A stretch of 64,000 nucleotides of DNA from Escherichia phage FL31: the sequence record PP400782. The stretch is one strand, 5' to 3'. Under the pieces are notes generated by a model that searched no databases, was not told the DNA's origin, and saw only the letters and a program-made list of their open reading frames with translations. Both the position numbers and the translations under genes were made by a program. This document shows positions 52,704 through 62,743 of this stretch, one piece after another; position 1 is the stretch's first letter; every line of letters begins with the position of its first letter.

Positions 52704-53102
52704 TTACACTCTATTGCTTGACGCTAACTGAAGTTTAATTTGTTCAATATCGTCAGGGTTGTCTACGACCGAAAATCTAATCTCTACTATAACCGTATAG
52801 TCATCATATACTGGCGTTACACTTACAGAAAGTTTGTCGATGCGTGGCTCATAGTTACGAACAGCTGCCTGGATATTACGCTCAATCGTATCGGCTGTAA
52901 GTGGTGTCATGTTCTCGAAAAGTTCATCAACCAAATCGCATCCAAATTCAGGGTCGAAGGGGCGTGAGCCTTTTCTAGTTGTCACTATGCCAAGAAGACT
53001 ATTTTTAATAGAACGAAGTCCTACAGAACGAGCAACGTCCTTGTTCCAATCCATACGCATTTCTGGGTCGATATCTGAATAAAGTTTATTGATATTAGAC
53101 AT
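52704..53102 (-). CDS. 25: Baseplate wedge protein gp25
   Basis: 132 aa; MSNINKLYSDIDPEMRMDWNKDV... matches T4 gp25 as recalled. Confidence 0.9.
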   Translation of the reverse strand: MSNINKLYSDIDPEMRMDWNKDVARSVGLRSIKNSLLGIVTTRKGSRPFDPEFGCDLVDELFENMTPLTADTIERNIQAAVRNYEPRIDKLSVSVTPVYDDYTVIVEIRFSVVDNPDDIEQIKLQLASSNRV

Positions 53103-53728
53103 TATAGTAACTCAAAGAATTCTTTGAGGCCTCGTATTGTGTGAACGTGTGACGCCCCACATTTGGGACATTTAATAGGGGTTGCCAGATAAATTGATGG
53201 CGACACCAAAAGATTTTTAATATTGATCATATCATCTTCTGTTATAAGGCCGTAAAGGTCGTTTATTTCTGCTTCAGTTAAATCTTCAACAGGGATGGAC
53301 TCTCCATTGACAAAAACGGCCTCAATACATGAAGCAATCATTAATGCGATATTTTTATCGTCAAATAATTTAGGTTGACGGAACTTAATTTTAATACCAC
53401 TAAACGAATACCAGGGATCGGCCTGTCCATCTAATTGAGTGTGCAATAAATTCATATAGACTTGAAATGAATGCCCACAGGAACAATTCCAGGTGTGTTC
53501 TTGATTCACTTCACCTAATGAATGTGCCCACAGATTTACCAACAATAACTCGGCTTCTTGTTTAGTCAAGTTTTTAGCATTAGAGCAATTAGTGATAATA
53601 TTGTTCACTGCGGATTCAATAGTACCGGTAGCCCGCGCACCTATGAGTCCTAAATATTCTTTTAAAGTAAAGGCTCTACAATTCACTTCTTTATCGCCTA
53701 AACGTACTGTAAACGTATATTTGTACAT
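53102..53728 (-). CDS. 26: Baseplate hub protein gp26
   Basis: 208 aa, same length as T4 gp26; TAATG overlap with gene 25. Confidence 0.85.
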   Translation of the reverse strand: MYKYTFTVRLGDKEVNCRAFTLKEYLGLIGARATGTIESAVNNIITNCSNAKNLTKQEAELLLVNLWAHSLGEVNQEHTWNCSCGHSFQVYMNLLHTQLDGQADPWYSFSGIKIKFRQPKLFDDKNIALMIASCIEAVFVNGESIPVEDLTEAEINDLYGLITEDDMINIKNLLVSPSIYLATPIKCPKCGASHVHTIRGLKEFFELL

Positions 53729-53746
53729 GTTAACTCCTTTATTGTG

Positions 53747-53754
53747 TATTTATA
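53747..53754 (-). promoter_or_regulatory. Late promoter TATAAATA for gene 26 (overlapping divergent pair)
   Basis: Plus strand TATTTATAAATA reads TATAAATA on both strands. Confidence 0.5.
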
Positions 53755-53758
53755 AATA
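53751..53758 (+). promoter_or_regulatory. Late promoter TATAAATA for gene 51
   Basis: TATAAATA 17 nt upstream of the gp51 ATG with AAAGGAG RBS. Confidence 0.5.
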
Positions 53759-53775
53759 ATAGAAAAGGAGTAATT

Positions 53776-54528
53776 ATGGCTAATATAATTCGTTGTAAAT
53801 TACCGGATGGTGTTCATCGTTTCAAGCCGTTCACCGTAGCGGATTATAGAGACTTTTTACTAGTTAGAAATGATATCGAACATCGTTCGCCACAAGAACA
53901 AAAAGAAATAATTGCCGATCTGATTGATGATTATTTTGGCGAGTATCCTAAAACATGGCAACCATTTATATTCCTGCAAGTTTTTGCAGGCTCTATAGGC
54001 AAAACAAAAGTTCCCGTTATTTTCACTTGCCCTAAATGCTCTAAAGAAAAAACTGCACCATTTGAGATATATCAAAAAGAACTAGTCGAACCTGAACTTG
54101 ATGTTGCTGGTATAAAAATACGTTTTTCTTTCCCTGAAAAGTTTTATGACAACAAGGCATTAATGATAAGTGAAAACATAAAAGAAATATATTATAATGA
54201 CGAATGGTACCCATGGAATGATTTGACTGAAGAGAACCAAATCCAAGTAATAGAAGCAATAGACATTGACTCGCTCGAGAAGGTTATTGCTTCTATGAAT
54301 CCTATTAATTTGACCCTTAGATTAGGTTGTTGTGAACGACATGTTAAAACATATACCGATATCTTAGAGGTTTTTAAATTGTTAGTTAACCCTGATGAGA
54401 TTTTTACATTCTATCAGATAAACCATTCACTAGTAAAGAGTCAATACACATTGGATTCTATTATGCAAATGATTCCTGTTGAACGTGGTATTGCTTTAAC
54501 ATTAGTAGAAAAGGACCATAAAAAATGA
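53776..54528 (+). CDS. 51: Baseplate hub assembly catalyst gp51
   Basis: 250 aa; Cys pairs [13 protein letters not shown]; synteny. Confidence 0.85.
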   Translation: MANIIRCKLPDGVHRFKPFTVADYRDFLLVRNDIEHRSPQEQKEIIADLIDDYFGEYPKTWQPFIFLQVFAGSIGKTKVPVIFTCPKCSKEKTAPFEIYQKELVEPELDVAGIKIRFSFPEKFYDNKALMISENIKEIYYNDEWYPWNDLTEENQIQVIEAIDIDSLEKVIASMNPINLTLRLGCCERHVKTYTDILEVFKLLVNPDEIFTFYQINHSLVKSQYTLDSIMQMIPVERGIALTLVEKDHKK

Positions 54529-55697
54529 AAGTATTCCAACGTCCAGGATATCCTAACTTAAGCGTTAAATTATATCAAGATTATTCGGCTTGGCAAGAAA
54601 ATAGATACGTTGAACTCGCGGCAACAATAACAACTTTAACCATGCGAGATTCGCTATATGGAAGAAATGAAGGGATTCTTCAATTTTATGACACTAAAAA
54701 CATCCACACTAAAATGGACGGTAGACAGATAGTTCAAATCTCTGTTTCAAATTCAAACACACCTCTCCAAGTTAGAACTCGAATTTATGGATGTAGACAT
54801 TATTCTGTGTCTGTGGACTCAAAAGGTGACAATATTATTGCAATTGAGCTTGGAACAATACATTCTATAGAGAACCTTAAATTTGGGCGTCCATTCTTCC
54901 CGGACGCAGGCGAATCTATACGTGAAATGTTAGGTGTCATATACAAAGACCGTGCGTTAATTACTCCGCCAATAAACACTATTAATGCTTATGTTCCTGA
55001 TATCCCTTGGACAAGCACATTTGATGATTATTTGGCATATGTCAGAGAATTAGGACTTGCTACAGCGAGTGATAAGTTCGTATTCGTATGGCAAGATATT
55101 TTAGGCGTAAACATGATTGACTACGATACTCTTATTGGACAGGAAGGCATTAAGATGATTGTAGGTGAGCCAAATACTGTAGGTCAGTATATTCAAGAGC
55201 TTGAGTATCCATTAGTATGGGATTTCACCTGGATGACTAAAGCTAACCAATTTACAAGAGACCCTATTAAAAACGCCACGATATTCGCTCATTCATTTTT
55301 AGATACATCTATTCCGGTTATTGTTACAGGCGATGGTGATAATGCTATTCTTGTGTCAAGATCCGGTGGATATTCCGAAATGACCTATCGTAATGGATTT
55401 GAAGAAGCAAGTCGTCTTCAGACAATGGCTCAATATGACGGATATGCTAAATGCACTACTACAGGCAATTTTAACATAACGCCTGCTACTAAAATTATAT
55501 TTGTTGACCAAAAGAACCAATTCAAATCCGAATTTTACGTAGATGAAGTTATTCATGAGTTATCAAATAACAACTCACAAACTCATCTGTACATGTTTAC
55601 CAACTCAATGGTGTTAGAACCTGTTAACCCAGTTAAGGTTAAAAATGAACTTAAATCTGATTCTACCTCTAAAGAAAATAATTCTACCACAGTCTAA
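54525..55697 (+). CDS. 27: Baseplate hub protein gp27
   Basis: 390 aa; ATGA overlap with gene 51. Confidence 0.9.
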   Translation: MKVFQRPGYPNLSVKLYQDYSAWQENRYVELAATITTLTMRDSLYGRNEGILQFYDTKNIHTKMDGRQIVQISVSNSNTPLQVRTRIYGCRHYSVSVDSKGDNIIAIELGTIHSIENLKFGRPFFPDAGESIREMLGVIYKDRALITPPINTINAYVPDIPWTSTFDDYLAYVRELGLATASDKFVFVWQDILGVNMIDYDTLIGQEGIKMIVGEPNTVGQYIQELEYPLVWDFTWMTKANQFTRDPIKNATIFAHSFLDTSIPVIVTGDGDNAILVSRSGGYSEMTYRNGFEEASRLQTMAQYDGYAKCTTTGNFNITPATKIIFVDQKNQFKSEFYVDEVIHELSNNNSQTHLYMFTNSMVLEPVNPVKVKNELKSDSTSKENNSTTV

Positions 55698-56178
55698 TAA
55701 AAAGGTAATGATTCCTAAATTAGGGCTCAAACATTATAATCTTTTAAAGGACGTTAAAGGTCCTGATGAAAACATGAAAATCTTAGCTGATTCTATTTGT
55801 AAAAATATGAGTCCCGCAGATTTTGATTTTGCATGTCTACACATATTGGAATTTAATAACAAACTTAAGTCTGAAGTTGAAAAAGATGGATTCACTTATA
55901 AACTAGATGACGTCTATGTATGCCAACGAACAGAATTCCAATTCCAAGGTAATACTTTTTATTTTAGACCACCAGGCAAATTTGAACAATTCGCTACAAT
56001 CAGTGAAATGCTATCAAATTGCTTAATAAAAGTTAATGACGAAGAGAAAGAAATTTCTTTCCTTGAGATGCCTGCTTTTGTAATCAAATGGGCAGAAGAC
56101 CTTTCGACAACTATTGCTATTCCAGGCCCTAATGGTCCTATTAAGGGTATAGCAGAAATTATTGGATTGCTTGAATGA
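55645..56178 (+). CDS. 28: Baseplate hub distal subunit gp28
   Basis: 177 aa, same length as T4 gp28; overlaps 3' end of gene 27 out of frame. Confidence 0.85.
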   Translation: MNLNLILPLKKIILPQSNKKVMIPKLGLKHYNLLKDVKGPDENMKILADSICKNMSPADFDFACLHILEFNNKLKSEVEKDGFTYKLDDVYVCQRTEFQFQGNTFYFRPPGKFEQFATISEMLSNCLIKVNDEEKEISFLEMPAFVIKWAEDLSTTIAIPGPNGPIKGIAEIIGLLE

Positions 56179-57947
56179 AACCTGAAGAAATGAAATCCAT
56201 GCGTAGAAATAAGGTCATTGCCGATAATAAACCACAAAAAGTAGCTGCAACAGCAGCTACCGATTCATTAGAAGCATTGAATGATATTTCATCAAAACTA
56301 GACGATGTCCAAGCTGCGTCTGAACTCACATCACAAAGTGTAGAAGATAAAGGCAATGGAATTATTGAATCAATTGGAGACTTAAAGAATTCGACAGATA
56401 ATACTGCTGAAGGCACAGAGCTTATCGCAGAAGTTATTGAAAAACAAACTGAAGTCACTAAAAGTATAAACGAAGTTTCTAGTGCAATAAGCTCTAAGTT
56501 AGACCGATTAGCTACATTATTAGAGCAAAAATTACAAACATCTACCGCTATTCAAAATACAGGAGGCACCTCTCTTGAAGTAATTGAGAACGCAATACCT
56601 GTTAAAGTGGTTGAGAATGAAACTTCTGATGAGTTGTTTAAAGCATTCCCTACACCTGAAAAGATTGATAATAAGCCAGACGAAGATTTCTTCCCAGCAC
56701 CGGTTCAAGAAAGTGCTAATTCTACTTCCGATTCTAAAGGCGGAATTAGCTTTAAATTGAGCGATAAAATTGCAATGCTCACCAAAACAGTTCAAACCGG
56801 GTTTAATAAATCAATATCAATTTCAGACAGAATTGCTGGAATGCTTTTCAAATACACTATAACGGCTGCTATTGAAGCAACAAAAATGGCCGCACTTATT
56901 CTTGGTATTGTTATCGGTATTGATTTATTGATAGTCCATTTCAAATATTGGACAGACAAGTTCACTTCTGCCTGGGATTTATTTGATGAAAACTTTACTA
57001 AATTCTCCGATGAAGCTAAAGAGTGGGGTAAATTCTTAAGTGATATATTCACTTCTATTGACTCGATAAAACAATTGTGGGAAGCTGGAGACTGGGGTGG
57101 TTTAACCGTTGCTATTGTCAAAGGTGTAGGAACAGCATTAATGAACTTAGGTGAACTAATTCAATTAGGAATGGCTAAACTCTCCGCGTCTATATTGCGT
57201 GCTATAGGTTTTGGCGATACCGCGGACGAAATAGAAGGACGTGCTTTAGAAGGATTCCAAGAAACTACTGGGAACAAATTAAAGAAAGAAGACCAAGAGA
57301 AAGTCGCTAAATATCAAATGAAGCGTGACGATGGGGAATTAGGAACCGTTTCTAAAGGTCTTGATATGTTACAACGCGGCAAAACATTCGTTACTAACTG
57401 GGTTCGTGGTAATGACAATAAAGAAGAGTTTAGTACAAGCGATGAGCGTGCTGCGGAATCAGCAAAATTAAAAGAGTTACCTGAAGAGGAACGTAAAGAG
57501 GCATACATAAAAGCGAATGAAACTCGTGCGGCACTGGTTAGATTTGAAGATTATATCGATAAAATCGATATGACTAATCCGGAAAATGCTAAAAACGTCG
57601 AGAAGTCTTATGCTGATTTAAGTAAACTTATTAAAGACCCTGAACTTAATAAAACTCCTGTTATTAAAAAGGAATTAGATGCTAGATTTGAAAAGCTAAA
57701 TAATAAAATGGCTGAAGCCAAAAAGGCTCAGACAACAGTTAAGCCTGAATCTTCGTCTAAATCTCCGGAAGCAAAACAAGTTCAGTCAATAGAGAAAGGA
57801 CGTGCTTCTGAATCTAAACAACAGCAACCGGTAGCGGCGATTAGTAACACAAATAATGTCGTCAAAAAGAATACCGTAGTCCAGAATATGACCCCTGTAA
57901 CAAGTACAACGGCTCCTGGAATTTTCCATGCCACCGGTGTTAATTAA
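56175..57947 (+). CDS. 29: Tail length tape-measure and baseplate hub protein gp29
   Basis: 590 aa, same length as T4 gp29; ATGA overlap with gene 28. Confidence 0.9.
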   Translation: MKPEEMKSMRRNKVIADNKPQKVAATAATDSLEALNDISSKLDDVQAASELTSQSVEDKGNGIIESIGDLKNSTDNTAEGTELIAEVIEKQTEVTKSINEVSSAISSKLDRLATLLEQKLQTSTAIQNTGGTSLEVIENAIPVKVVENETSDELFKAFPTPEKIDNKPDEDFFPAPVQESANSTSDSKGGISFKLSDKIAMLTKTVQTGFNKSISISDRIAGMLFKYTITAAIEATKMAALILGIVIGIDLLIVHFKYWTDKFTSAWDLFDENFTKFSDEAKEWGKFLSDIFTSIDSIKQLWEAGDWGGLTVAIVKGVGTALMNLGELIQLGMAKLSASILRAIGFGDTADEIEGRALEGFQETTGNKLKKEDQEKVAKYQMKRDDGELGTVSKGLDMLQRGKTFVTNWVRGNDNKEEFSTSDERAAESAKLKELPEEERKEAYIKANETRAALVRFEDYIDKIDMTNPENAKNVEKSYADLSKLIKDPELNKTPVIKKELDARFEKLNNKMAEAKKAQTTVKPESSSKSPEAKQVQSIEKGRASESKQQQPVAAISNTNNVVKKNTVVQNMTPVTSTTAPGIFHATGVN

Positions 57948-57955
57948 GGATTATT

Positions 57956-59065
57956 ATGATTAGTGTAAAAGAAATAGTAGTAGATGCAAAGGATTTAAAT
58001 AAAGCAATCCCAGTCTCAGAAAGTGCCGGGCAAAGCACTAAAACCGAAACAACTACTAAAACTTATGTTGCTCAATTTCCTACAGGAAGAGCAGCCGGAA
58101 ATGACTCCACAGGAGACTTCCAGGTAACAGACCTTTATAAGAATGGATTATTATTTACCGCGTACAATATGTCTGCACGCGATTCAGGATCCCTCAGGAA
58201 TTTACGTCCGGCGTATGCCGGGACTTCATCTAATGGTATCATATCAGATTTAACTGATAACGTGAAAGATGCAGTGACTAAATTCTCAAATGGCTTGCTT
58301 CCTGCCGGAGCTAATAAGTCTACTATAAACAAAACTCCTGTTGCTAATATACTTTTGCCACGTTCCAAATCTGATGTTGATACAACTTCACATCGTTTTA
58401 ATGATATCGGTGATAGCCTTATTACTAAAGGTGGAGGTACTGCTACAGGTGTTTTAAGTAACATTGCTTCTACTGCAGTTTTTGGTGCATTAGATTCTAT
58501 TACTCAAGGGCTTATGGCTGATAATAACGAGCAGATTTATACGACTTCTCGTAGTATGTATGGCGGTGCCGAGAACCGTACTAAAGTCTTTACATGGGAT
58601 TTAACTCCGCGTTCAACTGAAGACCTTATGGCTATTATAAACATTTACCAGTATTTTAACTATTTCTCATATGGTGAGACCGGTAAATCACAGTACGCCC
58701 AAGAGATTAAAAGTTATTTAGACGAATGGTACCGTTCAACGTTTATTGAGCCTATGACGCCAGATGATGCAGTAAAAAATAAGACATTGTTTGAAAAGAT
58801 TACTGCGTCATTAACAAATGTATTAGTTGTAAGCAACCCTACAATTTGGATGGTTAAAAACTTTGGTTATACATCTAAATTTGATGGATTAACTGACGTA
58901 TTTGGTCCATGCCAAATTCAAAGCGTACGTTTTGATAAAACTCCAAATGGACAATTTAATGGTCTTGCTGTTGCTCCTAACTTACCGTCAACATTTACGT
59001 TAGAGATAACAATGCGAGAAATTATTACATTAAACCGTTCTTCACTTTATGCGGGGACTTTCTAA
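57956..59065 (+). CDS. 48: Baseplate tail-tube junction protein gp48
   Basis: 369 aa; synteny 29-48-54. Confidence 0.9.
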   Translation: MISVKEIVVDAKDLNKAIPVSESAGQSTKTETTTKTYVAQFPTGRAAGNDSTGDFQVTDLYKNGLLFTAYNMSARDSGSLRNLRPAYAGTSSNGIISDLTDNVKDAVTKFSNGLLPAGANKSTINKTPVANILLPRSKSDVDTTSHRFNDIGDSLITKGGGTATGVLSNIASTAVFGALDSITQGLMADNNEQIYTTSRSMYGGAENRTKVFTWDLTPRSTEDLMAIINIYQYFNYFSYGETGKSQYAQEIKSYLDEWYRSTFIEPMTPDDAVKNKTLFEKITASLTNVLVVSNPTIWMVKNFGYTSKFDGLTDVFGPCQIQSVRFDKTPNGQFNGLAVAPNLPSTFTLEITMREIITLNRSSLYAGTF

Positions 59066-60027
59066 TGTACTCTTTAGAAGAATTTAATAACCAAGCTATA
59101 AATGCAGATTTCCAACGAAACAATATGTTTAGTTGTGTATTTGCTACTACACCATCGACTAAATCATCTTCACTAATTTCGTCAATTGGTAGTTTTGCTT
59201 ATAGTAACTTAGGGTTGGATTCCGATTGGCTAGGATTGTCTCAAGGTGATATCAATCAGGGCGTAACAACCCTGATTACAGCAGGAACACAGAAATTAAT
59301 TCGAAAATCAGGTGTAAGTAAATATCTGATTGGAGCAATGAGTCAACGTACGGTACAAAGCTTGTTAGGTGAGTTCACAGTAGGAACTTATCTGATAGAC
59401 TTCTTCAATATGGCATATAATAATACAGGTTTAATGATTTATTCTGTAAAAATGCCTGAGAACCGATTATCTTATGAAACGGATTTCAACTATAACTCCC
59501 CGAACATCCGAATTACCGGCCGTGAAATGGACCCGTTAGTAATAAGCTTTAGAATGGATTCTGAAGCATCTAACTTTAGAGCAATGCAAGACTGGGTAAA
59601 CTCAGTCCAAGACCCTGTAACAGGTCTTCGTGCTTTACCACAAGACGTCGAAGCAGATATTCAGGTTAATTTACATGCACGAAATGGTTTACCACATACC
59701 GCTGTTATGTTCACCGGATGTATTCCTGTTAGCGTCTCTTCTCCTGAGTTAACGTATGATGGTGATAATCAGATAACAGTTTTTGATGTAACATTTGCTT
59801 ATCGTGTTATGCAATCAGGTGCTGTAAATAGACAGGCTGCTTTAGAATGGCTGGAATCAGGACTTATTAGTAGTGTTTCAGGAATGTTTGGAAATAATCA
59901 GAATGATTCTGGACTAGGAAGTGCAGTATCAAGACTTTCTAGATTAGGTGGGACTGCTGGTGGTGTGTCTAATATAAACACATTGACAGGTGTGGTGAAT
60001 TCTGCGTCAAGAGTTTTAGGACTATAA
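59065..60027 (+). CDS. 54: Baseplate tail-tube initiator gp54
   Basis: 320 aa, same length as T4 gp54; TAATG overlap with gene 48. Confidence 0.9.
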   Translation: MYSLEEFNNQAINADFQRNNMFSCVFATTPSTKSSSLISSIGSFAYSNLGLDSDWLGLSQGDINQGVTTLITAGTQKLIRKSGVSKYLIGAMSQRTVQSLLGEFTVGTYLIDFFNMAYNNTGLMIYSVKMPENRLSYETDFNYNSPNIRITGREMDPLVISFRMDSEASNFRAMQDWVNSVQDPVTGLRALPQDVEADIQVNLHARNGLPHTAVMFTGCIPVSVSSPELTYDGDNQITVFDVTFAYRVMQSGAVNRQAALEWLESGLISSVSGMFGNNQNDSGLGSAVSRLSRLGGTAGGVSNINTLTGVVNSASRVLGL

Positions 60028-60032
60028 GAAAA

Positions 60033-60051
60033 AGGGAGACGTTGTCTCCCT
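60033..60051. terminator. Hairpin after gene 54, shared with the convergent minus-strand gene
   Basis: AGGGAGAC-GTT-GTCTCCCT flanked by A- and T-rich runs. Confidence 0.5.
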
Positions 60052-60059
60052 TTAGGGGT

Positions 60060-60353
60060 TTATTTACGGAATGAAAGGAATGCTGGTGCTCGGAATGGAG
60101 TATCATCTTTAGAGTATTTAACTAATACGACCATTGGTACCTCTGTTTCTAAATGACCTGTCACTACACCGATAAAAATTTGATCAGTGTGCTCAGGGTC
60201 ACGAAAGTTTTTAAGAGGTTCCATAGCAATATGGAATGCACCTGGGAATACTCGATTCAATTCGTCAATCACAGCTTCGTTAAAAACATCATCCGCTGGG
60301 ATAGCATCTTCAACTACTAGTTCTTGACCATTAAAGCGAAGCATAGATTTCAT
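60060..60353 (-). CDS. Hypothetical protein (97 aa), alt.-1 position
   Basis: Trimmed to ATG 60351-60353 with RBS GAGGAAAA; early promoter at 60383-60412; track start is TTG. Confidence 0.5.
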   Translation of the reverse strand: MKSMLRFNGQELVVEDAIPADDVFNEAVIDELNRVFPGAFHIAMEPLKNFRDPEHTDQIFIGVVTGHLETEVPMVVLVKYSKDDTPFRAPAFLSFRK

Positions 60354-60382
60354 AACGTTTTCCTCATGTTGTTGATGGGACA

Positions 60383-60412
60383 ATAGTATCACACATCCAT
60401 GTGTTTGTAAAC
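60383..60412 (-). promoter_or_regulatory. Early promoter (GTTTAC-N18-TACTAT) with embedded palindrome ACACATCCATGTGT
   Basis: Overlaps the 3' end of alt. Confidence 0.5.
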
Positions 60413-62499
60413 TATCCTTGGACAAATTTAAACGGAACTGATTCTAAATCCATTAAAGATGCTAACAATTTCAAACCTTTAGGTGCACTAGTTTTTTCTA
60501 CAAATGAGGCAAAAGATACCGGCTCATCTGATTCGATTTCACCCGTCATAGCAACTACCTCGCCTGTTTCCATGAGAACATCACCATCGTAAATGACAGC
60601 TTCGTCCAACTGGTCCGATGACATGACTTCAGCTTGAATAAATTTAAGGTTGGATTCTAAACCTGCACCAGTGTCAGATGACGCATCTGTAATTTTATTT
60701 ATCTGTAAGAGAATGCCTCTAGGCAAAATAATTTCTTGCTCATTAGGGTGATTACTCAACTGCCCCGGATAAATCACGTTAACTTTATGAGCGCCATCAA
60801 TAGCCCATCCAACATTAACACGAATTTGTTCTGGCGCATGCATAGCGGTACGCACCAGGCTAGGAGAAATAGTAACACCTTCGTCATTATTGTCAATGTT
60901 AAGCTCTTTGCGAACTTCTTCAGGAGCAAGTCCAAGGGCAACGTTCTCTTTAAACCCACCGAAAATAATAGGAGCTAGTGAAGTGGAAACATAGTTTCTG
61001 AAGTAGAATACCTTATTTTTAACCATTGCTTCGTAAATAGGCATTCTGATAGACTGAGCTCTATATAACGTTAGTCCTTCAGGTAAACGATCTCCATTTA
61101 AAAACGCTGAATCAAGACCATCAATAGCGCGTTTAACTTCATCTTCATCTGCAACATCGTAAAAATCTGGTTTATAACGACCTAACAACATATTATTGAT
61201 ATCGGTATACGCAGAAGAGGCATATTCACGAATAGCTCGTTTTTCAGCAACAGAGTATTGTTTAGGGTCCCGATTCATTGTTATATTAAAGGTGCCTCTA
61301 GCCGATTCTCGTGCATAAGTATACATCACATTAGACAAGAACGCTGATTTACGTTGTTTCCAAGTTTTTTCAGATACTTCAGCCAAAACATCGTCTGCCA
61401 GTTGGAAATTATCTCGTCTAAAATCTTCAAACCATTCGTCTCTAATAGAGTCTGCAATTTCATTTGCAGCTTCAACAAAAGCAGCTAATGCTTTAACAGA
61501 TGTTGTTTTTTCGGTTTTAATTTTCTTAGCAAACTTTTCTAAAGTTGGCTTAATAACACTACCATAAGAAACTTCATCAGCAAATCTAAAGGATTCATCA
61601 ATACGATTATAAATCTTATTTTCGATATCAGCAACTAAAGTGCCTTTTGCTGTGGATGATGCTTGGGCTAGTACGATTTCATATGCTTCAGGAAGTAATT
61701 CGGCTGTAGCCGGGCCACTAACTTCTTTAGCAGAATTTTCGTATTTCTGGAATAACTCACCTTCTTGGCGGTCAGCTTCTAAAGATTGGCTTGCGGCAAT
61801 AGCGCGCCGAGAAATTTTAGTACGAGCAATAACAGGCTTATCTTTACGTTTTTCTTCTACAGCAGCAATAGAACCAGCGATAGCCGTTTCTTTGGTGACC
61901 GTTTCGCCAGTCTTTTTACTCACATAAACTTCGCCAACATCAGAATCTACTTTCGTGTACAACTCTGTGTTAATGTTAGGGATGCCTTTAATATCTTCAA
62001 TGTTGGCATTTTTACGAACCATCATCACATAAGTGTGTTTACCTGTGAATTGATACATTGCCGACAATACTTTAAAACGACCACCGGTTTTAGTAGAAAC
62101 TAAACGAGCAAGAAGAGTTTGAAGTTGCTGTCCACGTCCTTTCAATTTCTTGGTAGGGAATCGGAACAGAACTGCATCCATACGAAGAGCTTTAACCTGT
62201 TCATACACTGTATTGAAAATGGTGTTGATTGCATCAATAGGAGCAGGGCCAAGGCCATTTTTCAATTCAGCTAGATTACCCTTTTCAGACAGACTCATAA
62301 TAACAACATGAGCGTATTTGTCGCCAAGTTTAACTTGTTTTACAGCGTCGCCTTCGGAAAGGTAAGAGAATAAACGAACTACAATATTTGTATCGATATC
62401 ACCAATTTTCCAGACTTGTGGAACTTTAGCTTTAGGGTTCAAATTGACGACAGGAAGACTGCCTTCAGATTCAAACACTTCATTTAATTGTTCAGACAT
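60412..62499 (-). CDS. alt: Capsid-packaged ADP-ribosyltransferase Alt
   Basis: 695 aa; leader MSEQLNEVFESE; R (YRAQ) / STS (YVSTSL) catalytic signature; position between 54 and 30 as in T4. Confidence 0.85.
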   Translation of the reverse strand: MSEQLNEVFESEGSLPVVNLNPKAKVPQVWKIGDIDTNIVVRLFSYLSEGDAVKQVKLGDKYAHVVIMSLSEKGNLAELKNGLGPAPIDAINTIFNTVYEQVKALRMDAVLFRFPTKKLKGRGQQLQTLLARLVSTKTGGRFKVLSAMYQFTGKHTYVMMVRKNANIEDIKGIPNINTELYTKVDSDVGEVYVSKKTGETVTKETAIAGSIAAVEEKRKDKPVIARTKISRRAIAASQSLEADRQEGELFQKYENSAKEVSGPATAELLPEAYEIVLAQASSTAKGTLVADIENKIYNRIDESFRFADEVSYGSVIKPTLEKFAKKIKTEKTTSVKALAAFVEAANEIADSIRDEWFEDFRRDNFQLADDVLAEVSEKTWKQRKSAFLSNVMYTYARESARGTFNITMNRDPKQYSVAEKRAIREYASSAYTDINNMLLGRYKPDFYDVADEDEVKRAIDGLDSAFLNGDRLPEGLTLYRAQSIRMPIYEAMVKNKVFYFRNYVSTSLAPIIFGGFKENVALGLAPEEVRKELNIDNNDEGVTISPSLVRTAMHAPEQIRVNVGWAIDGAHKVNVIYPGQLSNHPNEQEIILPRGILLQINKITDASSDTGAGLESNLKFIQAEVMSSDQLDEAVIYDGDVLMETGEVVAMTGEIESDEPVSFASFVEKTSAPKGLKLLASLMDLESVPFKFVQG

Positions 62500-62539
62500 A
62501 GTGTTTTCCTTTTAGTAATAATTTATATTTATGCCAAAA

Positions 62540-62555
62540 AGAGCCCGAAGGCTCT
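62540..62555 (-). terminator. UUCG-tetraloop hairpin plus T-run between gene 30 operon and alt
   Basis: Minus strand AGAGCC-TTCG-GGCTCT then TTTTTGG, followed by late-promoter-like ATAAATATAAAT. Confidence 0.55.
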
Positions 62556-62743
62556 TAATCCACAATCGGAAGCAAAGTACGATAAACTTCAAAATTAGGG
62601 CCTTTTTCATACCCATTAACGTTATCTACGAAAACCCGATACGAATTTTCATTAGGAAAATCTAATATAATCTGAGAGCAAGAGGTGGAAACATCTCCAC
62701 CATCCTTCTTAGCTACAATAACTGTTTCTAAATAAGCTTTCAT
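62555..62743 (-). CDS. Small ORF (62 aa) coupled to the gene 30 stop
   Basis: Trimmed to ATG 62741-62743 overlapping ligase stop (TAATG); terminator directly downstream; track start is GTG. Confidence 0.4.
   Translation of the reverse strand: MKAYLETVIVAKKDGGDVSTSCSQIILDFPNENSYRVFVDNVNGYEKGPNFEVYRTLLPIVD

Noticed and set aside
56792-57121. Minus-strand ORFs inside gene 29 and other late genes (for example 56532-56795, 56792-57121, 58135-58464, 42448-42803)
   Set aside because: Embedded antisense in conserved structural genes; no independent signals.
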